Source: the human T2T-CHM13v2.0 reference genome, Homo sapiens. From it: a stretch of DNA of 64,000 nucleotides. The stretch is from the NCBI RefSeq assembly GCF_009914755.1, contig NC_060947.1. One strand, written 5' to 3'. The notes under the pieces were generated by a model, which was not told where the DNA came from, made no database searches, and saw nothing but the letters and a program-made list of their open reading frames with translations. Of the stretch, positions 17,610-28,379 are shown piece by piece (positions within the stretch are counted from its first letter, which is position 1; each line of letters opens with the position of its first letter). The position numbers and the translations under genes are program-made.

Positions 17610-17703
17610 CTTGCTGCTTCCCTGATGGTAAATTCAACAAATTGTCTCTTGACTTTCATAGATCCTTGTAGTTCTTCAAGCAAAATGAAAATTCTTTTAT
17701 AAT
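17610..17703 (-). pseudogene. SAGE2P: SAGE2P penultimate exon (94 nt)
   Basis: cttcag|AT TAT AAA..GCA GCA AG|gtgggt = (N)[30 protein letters not shown](R); open. Confidence 0.9.
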
Positions 17704-18072
17704 CTGAAGATATTTAAAAACATTAGTATTTCTACAATTATGAAAATGAAATATACCTCAATCTTAGTGCATCCACTACCACTGTATACATTTTTCATGG
17801 GTTACAATGTTACGTAGTGTTTGTGTTTGAATGCTTAAATCAGAACATCTGTATATTACTAAGGAAACTATTGTGAACACTAACAAAGGAAAACAAAACA
17901 TTTAAGCAGATGTATTAGAAATTTTCAGTGAAATTAAATAGAAGTCACGCTAAATCACATACAGATCTAATGCAGCCCAAGAATGAGCTCAAGAGGCAGC
18001 TTAATTCTGTTCTAAATCATAGAATGAGAGACTTGGCATGCTTTCATTGATAGACATTCTTGCACTACTTAC

Positions 18073-18435
18073 TTTGCCCAAACCTTTGAACTTCTTTCAT
18101 TAATTGACATTTTATATCTTGATTAATTTTTTTTGCCATGGCAGGAGATATCTGTGGAGTTTCCACTGAAGACATTGCTGTGACTGGTGGGTCACCTGCA
18201 GAGACACTGTAGTTTTTGGTGCCTACCGCAAATTCATTACTATCATGTTTGTAAAGCAGCTCCTCTCTGCTGAGACTAGTGAAGTCGTAAGAGAAAGAAT
18301 CCAATGCGTTGAGTGGCATACAATCTTCTGTCATATTTATAAGCTCTAGTGGAGCAGAATTTGACAGGAAGCCATCAGGAGGCATTTGACCATTTTCCAT
18401 CTCCTCCTCTTGGATATTGTGAATGACAGTAGCAT
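18073..18435 (-). pseudogene. SAGE2P: SAGE2P 363-nt exon (last repeat-derived unit plus start of INTS6-like domain)
   Basis: ttccag|ATGCTACT...GGGCAAA|gtaagt; [26 protein letters not shown]...[20 protein letters not shown]; open. Confidence 0.92.
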
Positions 18436-18680
18436 CTGGAATCCAAATGAAAAAGTTGAGCTGTGAGGTAAGTGCATTATGTCACCCCCACAGCTATATC
18501 CATCTGAGGCTCAGTTTTTAGGATGTTATCTCATAAAGCAGGAAGATACACCAGGTGGCTATCCGAGACCCCTCAAACTGAGCTCAAGTAGGATAATACG
18601 ACAAAATCACCTTCTTCCCTGCAGGACGCTATGCATGCATATGGAAACCATAAGACAGTACAAGCAATACACAAACATAC

Positions 18681-18814
18681 ACAGATCCTTGGTACTCCTG
18701 GATGAAATACCAGCTCCTGACAGATTAACAAGTCCCAGTGGAACTGTTGACAAGGAGTTATCAGGTGCTTGTTTTTCATCTTCTCTTCATGGACATTGTG
18801 AGTGGCGGTGTCAT
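18681..18814 (-). pseudogene. SAGE2P: SAGE2P repeat exon R10 (134 nt, 7-nt deletion, frameshift)
   Basis: [14 protein letters not shown], then the frame is lost; 134 nt versus 141 in sister units. Confidence 0.85.
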
Positions 18815-19059
18815 CTGGAAACAAAACGAAGAGGTCGAGCTGTGAGGTAAGTGCATAATGACAACCCCATAGGGATAGCCCACTGATGCTCAGTTTCTAG
18901 GAAATTATCCCATAAAGCGGGAGGATATAACAGGTGGCAATCAGAGAACCCTGAAATTGAGGCAAGAAAAGATTACCGCAAAACCACCTTCTTCCCTTGA
19001 TGCCACTATGCATGCATATGGAAATCAAGTAGTACAGTACAATTCATAAGGGAACACAC

Positions 19060-19200
19060 ACAGATCCCTGGTACTCATGGCTGGAACCCTAGCTCCTGCC
19101 ATATTAATAAGTCCTCATGGAACACTTGACAAGAAGTTATTAGGTGCTAGTTGGTCGTTTTGTGTCTTCTCTTCATGGACACTGTGAGTGATGGTAGCGT
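19060..19200 (-). pseudogene. SAGE2P: SAGE2P repeat exon R9 (141 nt, in-frame TGA at 19115-19117)
   Basis: ATITHSVHEEKTQNDQLAPNNFLSSVP*; donor GTGTGT. Confidence 0.85.
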
Positions 19201-19443
19201 CTGGAAACCAAACAAAGAGGATGACCTGTGAGGTAAGTCCGTTATGTCAACCCCCAGGTATATCCATCTGAGGCTCAGTTTCAAGGAAATTATAAAGCAG
19301 GAGAGGATATGCCAGGTGACCATCTGAAAACCCTCAAATTGAGCTCATGAAAGATAATACAACAAAACCACTTTCTTCCCTTCATGACACCACGCATTCA
19401 TATGGAAAACAAGTAGGACAGTACAACCAGTAAACAGACATAC

Positions 19444-19584
19444 ACAGATCCCTCGTACTCGTGGCCAGAATAGCAGCTTCTGCCAAATTAATAAGCCCTG
19501 GTGTAACAGTGCACAGGAAGTTATCAGTTGCTGGTTGGCTGTTTTTTATCTTCTTTTCACTGACATCGTGAGTGATGGTAGCAT
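19444..19584 (-). pseudogene. SAGE2P: SAGE2P repeat exon R8 (141 nt, open)
   Basis: [46 protein letters not shown]; AG and GTATGT intact. Confidence 0.88.
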
Positions 19585-19832
19585 CTGGAAACCAAATGAA
19601 GAGGTTGAGCTGTGAAGAAAGCGCATTATGTCAACCCCTCAGGGTATATTCCTGTGATGCTCACTTGCTAGGAAATTATTGCACAAAGCAGGAGGACATG
19701 CCAGGTGGTGATATGAAATCCCTTAAATTGAGGTCACAATAGATAATACAACAAAACCACCTTCTCCCCTTCATGACACCATGCACGCATATGGAAACCA
19801 ATGAGGACAATCCAACTTATAAGTTAACATAC

Positions 19833-19973
19833 ACAGATCATTGGTACTCATGGCTGGAATACCAGCTTCTGATGTATTAATAAGCCCCGGTGGAACAGCT
19901 GACAATATATTATCAGCTGCTTGTTGGCCATTTTCCATCTTCTCTTCATAGGCATTGTGAGTGACAGTAGCAC
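19833..19973 (-). pseudogene. SAGE2P: SAGE2P repeat exon R7 (141 nt, open)
   Basis: [46 protein letters not shown]; splice sites intact. Confidence 0.88.
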
Positions 19974-20221
19974 CTAGAAACCAGAAGAAGACGTCAAGCT
20001 GTGAGGTAAGTGCATTATGTCAACCCCACAGGTATATTCTCTGATGCTCAGTTTTTAGGACATTATCTCATAAAGCAGAAGGATATACCAGGTGGTGATC
20101 TGAGACCCCTGAAATTGAGCTCATGAAAGATAATACAATAAAACCACCTTCTTCGACTTATGACACTGCATGCATATGAAAACCAAGTAGGAAACCAAGT
20201 AGAAACAACTAGTAAACAAAC

Positions 20222-20362
20222 AAACATCCCTGGTACTCATGGGTGGAATACCATCTCCTGACACATTAATAAGCCCTGGTGTAACGGATGACAAGAAGTT
20301 ATCAGGTGCTGGTTGACCTTTATTTATCTTCTCTCCATGGACATTGAGATTGACTACAGCAT
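20222..20362 (-). pseudogene. SAGE2P: SAGE2P repeat exon R6 (open, degraded donor GTTTGT)
   Basis: [46 protein letters not shown]; the usual GTATGT donor is lost. Confidence 0.7.
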
Positions 20363-20615
20363 CTGGAAACCAAATGAAGAGGTTGAGTTGTAAGATGAGT
20401 GTATTATGGTAACCCCACAGGTATATCTGTCTGATGCTCAGTTTCTAGGAAAATATTTCATGAAGCAGGAGAGGGTATGCCAGGTGGTGATCTGAGAACA
20501 CTCAAATTGAGCTCATGAAAGAAGGTACAACCAACCAAATCACCTTCTTCCCTTGATGACACTATGCATGCATATGAAAACCGAGTAGGACAATCCAACT
20601 TATAAGCAAACATAC

Positions 20616-20756
20616 ACAGACCCTTGGCACTCATGGCTGGAATACCAGCTGCTGCCATGTTAATATGCCCTGGTTTAACAGTTGACAAGACGTTATTAAA
20701 CTGTGGTTGGTTATTTTCCATCCTCACTTCATAGACATTGTGATTGATGGTAGCAT
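20616..20756 (-). pseudogene. SAGE2P: SAGE2P repeat exon R5 (141 nt, open)
   Basis: [46 protein letters not shown]. Confidence 0.88.
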
Positions 20757-21005
20757 CTAGAAACCAAAGGAAAATGTTGAGCTGTGAGGTAAGTGCATTA
20801 TGGCAACACCACAGGTATATCCCTGTCATGCTCAGTTTCTAGTAAATTATCTCATTAAGCAGGAAAGGATACACCAGGTAGTGATCTGAAACCCCTCAAA
20901 TTGAGGTCACGAAAGATAATAAAACAAAACCACCTTCTTCCCTTTATGACACCATGCCTTCATATAATAACCAAGTAAGACAGTACAAGTAGTAAACAAG
21001 CATAC

Positions 21006-21146
21006 ACAGATCCCTAGGACTCATGGCCGAAAAATCAGCTACTGCCATGTTAACACGCTCTGGTGGAAAAGTTAACAAGACATTATTCAGTTGCAGTTGG
21101 TCATTTTCCATCCTCTCATCACAGACATTGTGAGTGACGGTAGCAT
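21006..21146 (-). pseudogene. SAGE2P: SAGE2P repeat exon R4 (141 nt, open)
   Basis: [46 protein letters not shown]. Confidence 0.88.
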
Positions 21147-21392
21147 CTGGAAACCAAACGTTGAGGTCGAGCTGTGAAGTAAGTGCATTATTTCAACCCA
21201 CAGGTATATCCCTCTGATGCTCAGCTTCTAAGAAATTATTGCATGGAGCAGGAGGACATGACAGGCGGGGTTCTGAGACCCCTCAAATGGAGCTCAAGAA
21301 ACATAATACAACAAAACCACCATCTCCCCTTCATGACACTATGCATGCATATGGAAACTAAGTAGGAAAATCCAATTAGAAAGCAAACATAC

Positions 21393-21533
21393 ACAGATCT
21401 CTGGTACTCATGGCTGGAATACCAGCTTCTGCCATATTAATAAACCATGATAGAACATTTGACAAGACATTATCCAGTTGCGGTTAACTATTTACCATCC
21501 TCTCTTCATGGACATTGGGATTGACAGTAGCAT
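21393..21533 (-). pseudogene. SAGE2P: SAGE2P repeat exon R3 (141 nt, in-frame TAA at 21484-21486)
   Basis: ATVNPNVHEERMVNS*; sister units have a Gln codon at this position. Confidence 0.85.
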
Positions 21534-21775
21534 CTGGAAACCAAATGAAGAGGTTGAGCTGTGAGGTAAGTGCATTATGTCAGCCCCACAGGTATATCCC
21601 TCTGATGCTCAATTTCTAGGAAATTATCAAAGAAAGCAATATGCCAGGTGGCCATCTGACATCCCTCAAATTGAGGCTAGGAAGGAATATACAACAAAAT
21701 TACCTTCTACCGTTCATGAAAATACGCCTGCTTAGAGAAACCAAGTAGGACAGTACAACTAATAAGCAGACATAC

Positions 21776-21916
21776 ACAGATCCCTGGTACTCGTGGATGA
21801 AATTCCAGCTGCTGCCATATCACGAAGCCATGGTGGAGCAGTTGACAAGACATTATCAGGTGCTGGCTGGTCGTTATTTATCTTCTCCTCACAGACGATG
21901 TGAGTGACTGCAGCAT
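21776..21916 (-). pseudogene. SAGE2P: SAGE2P repeat exon R2 (141 nt, open)
   Basis: [46 protein letters not shown]. Confidence 0.88.
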
Positions 21917-22168
21917 CTGGAAACCAAATGAAGTGGTTGAGCTGTGAGGTAAGTGCATTATGTCAACCACACAGGCATACCCCTCTGATGCTCAGTATCT
22001 AGGAAATTATCTCATAAAGAAGGAAGATTTACCAGGTAGCAATTTGAGAACCCTAAAATTGAGGCCAGAAAAGATAATACAACAAAATTACCTTCTTTCC
22101 TCATGACACTATGCATATAGTGCATAGTGGAAATGAAGTAGAACAGTATACCAAGTTAGCAAACTTAC

Positions 22169-22311
22169 ACCGATCCCTGGTACTCATGGATGAAATACCA
22201 GCTGCTGCTATATTAATAAGCGCTGGTGGAACAGTAGTGACGACATTACCAGGTGCTGGTTGGCCATTTTTTTTATCTTCTCTTCATGGACATTGTGAGT
22301 GATACTAGCAT
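22169..22311 (-). pseudogene. SAGE2P: SAGE2P repeat exon R1 (143 nt, +2 frameshift in an A8 run)
   Basis: [13 protein letters not shown], then the A8 run (22267-22274) shifts the frame to a TAG inside the exon. Confidence 0.85.
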
Positions 22312-22849
22312 CTGGAAACCAAACGAAGAGGTTGAGCTGCAAGATAGGTATGTTTTGTCCCATCCTCCCCCAGAGGGACAGCTATGTATTAATCAGTTTC
22401 TAGGAAATTATTTATTTCATGAAACAGAAGGATTTACCACGTGGAAATCTCAGATCTTGCAAACAGAGATCAGGTTAGATAATACAATAAAACTGCCTTT
22501 TTACTTCTTGGCATAATGAATACAGTAAAGAAGTACGATAGCAGAATAAACATTCACAGGTTTTAGTACTCATCATTTTGTATCATCTTGCTGCCCTTTA
22601 CATTTCTCATTTGATATTATTTTTATAGTTCACCTATAAATGCCGTGCTGTACACAGCAGGAAGCGAGACTAATTGAGCCCTCCTTAACCTGCCTCCTTT
22701 CTACCTCAAATATTCTGAAAAAATAGAGGTGGCTATTGGAGTTGAACACTCTTATCTCCACTCCATCATCACACATCTGTGTTTTTTATGATTCTACAGA
22801 TCCTTCCCCTTTGTCTAGAAAAAGTGGCTTTCTTTTCACTCCAGGTCTG

Positions 22850-24460
22850 ACACCTCTTTCATTTATTCATCATCTGTGGCAGGCAGCATGCCAGGAGCTG
22901 GGAATCAGCAGTAAACAGCCCAGAGAGCAACGTTCCCTGCCCTTGTGGAGCTCACATCCTCATGGGGCAGTCAGACAAAACATGTACAATGAGCAAATGA
23001 AACAAACAGCGCTGAGCTGGTGTTGGGGAAGCAGTCCACGGGCCTGTGGGAGACAGCAGCAGAGGGAGCCCCAGGGGCTGCAGCTGGTTTGGCAGGGCCT
23101 TCTGAAGAGGTGCCATTGGGCAGCGCTTGGAGGAAGAAGCAGAGCGTCCTGTGCAGAGGCAGAGGGAGAGTTCCAGGCTGCAGTGAGGCCAAGGGTAGGG
23201 AATGGAGTGGGGATGGACCGGGCACTACAGAGGTGAAGGACAGAGGCAGAGAGAGCCAGGAGGAAATGGATGGGACCCGCGTTAGGAGAGGGTGACAGAG
23301 GCCAGGCTGTGCAGAGGCTCGCAGACCAAAGCTAGTTCAGGGTCTGTTCTGAGTGCTTAGGAGAGATGAGGATGGGTTTTCAGGAGGGACATGGATGATG
23401 TGATTTACGTGCTGACGTAATTATCTAGCCACAGGGTTAGAGAGTATGCGATAGATGAGCGAAGATTAGAAACACAGAGCTAAGAAGGTATTCTACTAGC
23501 TTGAAGAGAGATCAGTACATACTGGAGGGAAAGAGAGAAACGGTTGGATGCAGAATTTATACTGGGCATCGACTGCTGGACTTGCTAAGAGATGGGAAAT
23601 GAGAGAGTAATAAAAGAATCATAAGATAACTCATAAGTGACTTTAAGTATTTTGACTTGAACTACTAAGTAAGAGTACACCAGGGGTGTTCAGGAGGTGT
23701 TAGGCAACCGACTGTGAGAGCTGAGTGCAGCCAACTCTTCCTGAATCTGGTTTAGCCACCTTATGTTGACAGTTTGAACTAGATCATGGTGGGATTATCC
23801 GCACTATGGATACCTACAAACTCTAAAAACCAGGACTTCTCAATCCCCCATACCTGTGAACAGCTGGTTGTTACACCTTTGTGGATGTTTCACCTAATGG
23901 ACAGTATCTTTAGCTGAAATAGTGAAGGCTGAAAGTAGTGTATTTTTAGAGAGAGGGAAGTCAGAAATTTGAACATGTAGAGCCAGTTGAATTTTAGATG
24001 TCTATTAGACACCCAGTAGAGATACCACGCGAGTAGTTGTATTTGAGTCTGGATTTCAGGAGCAAGTTGCAGTGTTGAAGTATAATGGTGAGAATTCTTG
24101 TAGTGTGAATCATTTAAAATTCTAAGACAGCATGGCATCGCCTAAGGAGATAGTATAGTGAAGAGAAGAGAGTCTAGGATGAAGCTTTGGCGCCCTGAAA
24201 TATTTAGAGGTGGGAAAGGAGAGGAGAAAAACAAAAAGGAGAAGGAAAATGAGTCTCTAGTAACAGGGTAAGAAATCCAGGTGCCTCGGGACCCAAGAAG
24301 CTTTCCGTGCAGGAGGGAGTAAACAACTGTGTTGCATTCTGCTGAGAGATTAATGCCAAAGTGCAGCAAACACTGGTGACCTTGATGATAGTAGTTTCAT
24401 TGGAATACACTAAGAAGAAGCCAGACCACACTGGGTTAGAGCGGAATGTGAGGACAGGCA
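22850..24460 (+). mobile_element. Ancient L2-like remnant with a probable MER63-like DNA element (~23680-23880) in a SAGE2P intron
   Basis: TTCATTTATTCATCA start and GA-rich L2-type motifs (GAGTTGTATTTGAGTCTGGA; CTGGTGACCTTGATGATAGTAGTTTCATTGGAAT); highly diverged. Confidence 0.5.
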
Positions 24461-24679
24461 GAAAGTGAGCAGACCCATCCTCTTGTTGAGCCCACCATCT
24501 CCTTCTGCCTCAGGAACCTGCTTTATTCATCTAATGCTTGCAGCAACTCCAAATTGTTACACCTAATTAGAACCTTGCCCTTCCACTTGCAAATGTGCTC
24601 ATATCTGTTCATCCCTCAAGGACATGACTACAAATGTCCTTTGACATGGTTGAGGCCCAAAGATTGGATTCCCCCTCAC

Positions 24680-24812
24680 CTTCCTGTTTGTTTAACCACC
24701 GCGACATACTCTTCCTTCTCTTAGATGAAGAGTGTCTCTTGGATTCTCTGGAACGTTTCTGTTTGCTTTGATGCCCTGTTGCAACCTGATTTACTTCATC
24801 ACTCCTTGTTTG
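24680..24812 (-). pseudogene. SAGE2P: SAGE2P second coding-type exon (133 nt; basic NLS-like segment)
   Basis: tttttcag|CAAACAAGG...CAGGAAG|gtgagg = [44 protein letters not shown]; first in-frame ATG at 24705-24707. Confidence 0.92.
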
Positions 24813-24933
24813 CTGAAAAACATCAGTGAACATATTCCATTAAAGACAAATCCAACCATTGCAAAGTCACAGTCTTCATATGCATACACAGCCATGCATT
24901 TATATCGTTAATATAAAGTTTTAGGCACAGGTC

Positions 24934-25594
24934 AAAGATTTCTCATCACTCAACACACACGACGCTCTCAGAAAAGGCAAGCTAATTTTAATCTAGTCTC
25001 AGTGAAACAAGAGAAGGTGAAATACAAGGTGTTATCCAAAGTCAAACATGGTACAGTCATGATAAACCAGAATGCGTGGGGAATAAGTGGTTTTCATCAA
25101 CCAAAAGAATAAACATATGGTTATATCTCTAATGAATTACACATCATTTTGTCTCAGCCTTTGTTAGGGGACAAAAAAAAAGAAATACCTTTCTTATCTT
25201 TCAGTGCTTTAAAACTACGTATTAACAAATACTGATTAATACTTCATTAGATGATACATATAGATAGTGAACAGTAGGATAGATTGAAAAGGTAAATGTT
25301 CCCACACCTCCATAGTGGGAACATTTACCTTTTCAATCTATCCTACCTTTCAATATCTATGTGTATCATTATGCATATCATATAGATACATATAGATATC
25401 ATTATATCTATATGTATCACTACCTATATGTATCTATATGCTTCATTTCCCAAGCATTCTGATTAATCTTGACTATACCATGTTTGACTTTGGATAACAC
25501 CTTGTATTCTACCTTCCCTTGTTTCACTGAGACTAGATTAAATTAACTTGCCTTTTCTGAGAGCATCATGTGTGTTAAGTGATGATAAATCTTT
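24934..25594. repeat. Nested inverted repeat: ~155-bp outer arms plus an internal perfect 32-bp hairpin
   Basis: 24934-25087 is a diverged reverse complement of 25441-25594. 25274-25305 is the exact reverse complement of 25315-25346 (9-nt loop). Confidence 0.93.
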
Positions 25595-25737
25595 TATTCC
25601 AATATGTTGATCTTGGAGACAGACAGGGGTAGGGAGTGCTTTGCAATGTTGATGGTAGATAAAACATGAAATTCAAGGGTATAGTAGGTAAACTAAAAGC
25701 TGTTTTCATCAACGGATAACCGAAGAATATGCTCCTG

Positions 25738-28343
25738 ACTACCAGAGGTACCAAGAAGGGCTGGTACTTTTTCTACTGAAAGTATTCCAAAAATTTGAAA
25801 AGGAGGGACTCCTACCTAACTCATTTTATGAGGCCAGCATCATCCTGATACCAAAACCTGGCAGAGATACAACCAAAAAAGAAAACTTCAGGCCGGTATT
25901 CCTGATGAACATCGACGCAAAAATCCTCAATAAAATTCTGGAAAACTGAATCCAGCAGCACATCAAAAAGCGTATCCACCATGATCAAGTTGGCTTCATC
26001 CCCAGGATGCAAGGTCGTTTCAGAATAGGCCAATCAATGAATGTAATTCATCACATAAACAGATCTAATGACAAAAACCACATGATTATCTCAATAGATG
26101 CAGAAAAGGCCTTTGATAAAATTCAACACCCCCTTATATTAGAGGCTGTCAATAAACCAGGCACTGAAAGAAAATACCTCAAAATTAGAAGAACCATATA
26201 TGACAAGCCCACAGCCAATATCATACTGAGTGGGAAACAGCTGGAAGCATTCCCCTTGAAACTTGCACAAGACAAGGATGCCCTCCCTCACCACTCCTAT
26301 TTAACATAGTATCAGATGTTCTGGCCATGGCAATCAGACAAGACAAAGAAAAAGGGTATTCAAATAGGGAGAGAAGACATCAAATTATCTTTGTTTGCAG
26401 ATGACATGACCCTATATCTAGAAAATCCCATCGTCTCAGCCCAAAAGCTTCTTAAGCTGATAAGCAACTTCAGCAAATCTCAGGATACAAAATCCATGTG
26501 CAAAATTGCTAACATTCCTATATACCAAAAACAGGCAAGCAGAGAGACAAATCATGAATGAACTCCCATGCACAATTGCTACAAAAAGAATAAAGTACCT
26601 AGGAATACAGGTAACAAGGGACGTGAAGGACCTCTTCAAAGAGAACTACAAACCACTGCTCAAGGAAATCAGAGAGGACACAAACAAATGGAAAAACATT
26701 CCATGCTCGTGGATAGGAAGAATCAATATTGTGAAAATGGCCATACTGCCCACAGTAATTTAGGGATTCCATGCTATTCCCATTAAACTACCATTGACAT
26801 TCTTCACAGAGTGAAAAGAAGTTATTTTAAAATTCATAAGGAACCAAAAAAGAGCCAGAATAGCCAAGACAATCCTAAGCAAAAAGAAGAAAGCTAGAGT
26901 CATCACGCTACCTAATTTCAAACTATACTACGGGGCTACAGTAACTGAAACAGCGTTTTCCTGGTACAAGAACAGATATAGACCAATGGAACAGAATAGA
27001 GAACTCAGAAATAAGATCACACAGCGATAACCATCCGTTCTTCGACAAACCTGACAAAAACAAGAAATGGGGACAGGATTCCCTATTTAATTAATGGTGC
27101 TGGGAGAACTGGCTAGCCATATGCAAAAATTGAAACTGGACCCCTTCCTTACACCTTATACACAAATTAATTCGAGATGGATTAAAGACTTAAATGTAAA
27201 ACCCAAAACTATAAAAACCCTAGAAAAAAATATAGGCAATACTATTCAGGACATAGGCACGGGGAAAGATTTCATGACAAAAATGCCAAAAGCAATGGCA
27301 ACAAAAGCAAAAATTGACAAACGGGATCTAATTAAACTAAACAGCTTATGCATAGCAAAATGAACTATAATCAGAGTGTACAGATAATCTAGAGAATGGG
27401 AGAAAGCTTTTGCAATCTGACCATCTGACAAAGGTCTACTATCCAGACCCTACAAGAAACTTAAACAAATTTACAAAAGGAAATCAAACAACCCCATTAA
27501 AAAGTGGGCAAAGGACATGAACAGACACTTCTCAAAAGAAGACATTCATGCAGCCAACAAACATGAAAAAAAGTTCAGCATCACTGATCATTACAGAAAT
27601 GCAAATCAAAACCACAATGAGATAACATCTCTTGCCAGTCAGAATGGCAATTATTAAAACGTCAAGAAACAACAGATGCTGGCAAGTTTGTGGAGAAAAA
27701 GGGCTGCTTTTACACTGTTGGTGGGAGTGTAAATTACTTCAACCATATGGAAGACAGTGTGGTGATTCCTCAAAGATCCACAGGCAGAAATAGCATTTGA
27801 TCCAGCAATCCTATCCCTGGGTATATACCCAAAGAAATATAAATCATTCTATTATAAACATACAAGCACGTGTGTGTTCATTGCAGTACTATTCACAATA
27901 GCAAAGAGGTGGAATCAACCCAAATCTCCAGCAATGATAGACTGAATAAAGAAAATGTAGTACATATACACCATGGAATACCATGCAGCCATAAAAAGGA
28001 ACGAGATCATGTCTTTGTAGAAACATGGATGGAGCTGGAAGCCGTTATCCTCGGAAAACTAATGCAGGAACAGAAAACCAAACAGTGCATGTTCTCACTT
28101 ATAAGTGGGAGCTGAATGATGAGAACACATGGACACATGGCTTGGGGGCACACACAATGGGGCCTGTCAGGGGAGGCCTGGGGGTAGGGAGAGAGAGCAT
28201 CAGGAAGAATAGCTAATGGATACTGGGCTTAATACCAAGTTGATGGGTTGATAGATCCAGCAGACCACGATGGCACATGTTTACCTATGTGACAAACCTG
28301 CACATTGTGCATATGTACCTCAAAACATAAAAGTTGAAAAACA
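25738..28343 (+). mobile_element. 5'-truncated older primate L1 (ORF2 3' part and 3' UTR) in a SAGE2P intron
   Basis: [13 protein letters not shown] and other ORF2 fragments; exact 15-bp TSD AAGAATATGCTCCTG at 25723-25737 and 28344-28358. Confidence 0.95.
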
Positions 28344-28379
28344 AAGAATATGCTCCTGTATTAAATATGCAGGAGCATA

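Larger units (their letters stand above)
18300..22500 (-). repeat. Tandem array of ~388-bp exon+intron units (11 units)
   Basis: Exon starts at 22311, 21916, 21533, 21146, 20756, 20362, 19973, 19584, 19200, 18814 and 18435 (spacing 379-395). Intron motifs (GCTGTGAGGTAAGTGCATTATG, GCTCAGTTTCTAGGAAATTAT) recur in each unit. Confidence 0.97.

Noticed and set aside
18300-22500. Regular repeat-spacer pattern as a CRISPR-like array
   Set aside because: The units are ~388-bp exon+intron duplications encoding SAGE 47-aa repeats in primate DNA; there are no short identical repeats with unique spacers and no cas genes
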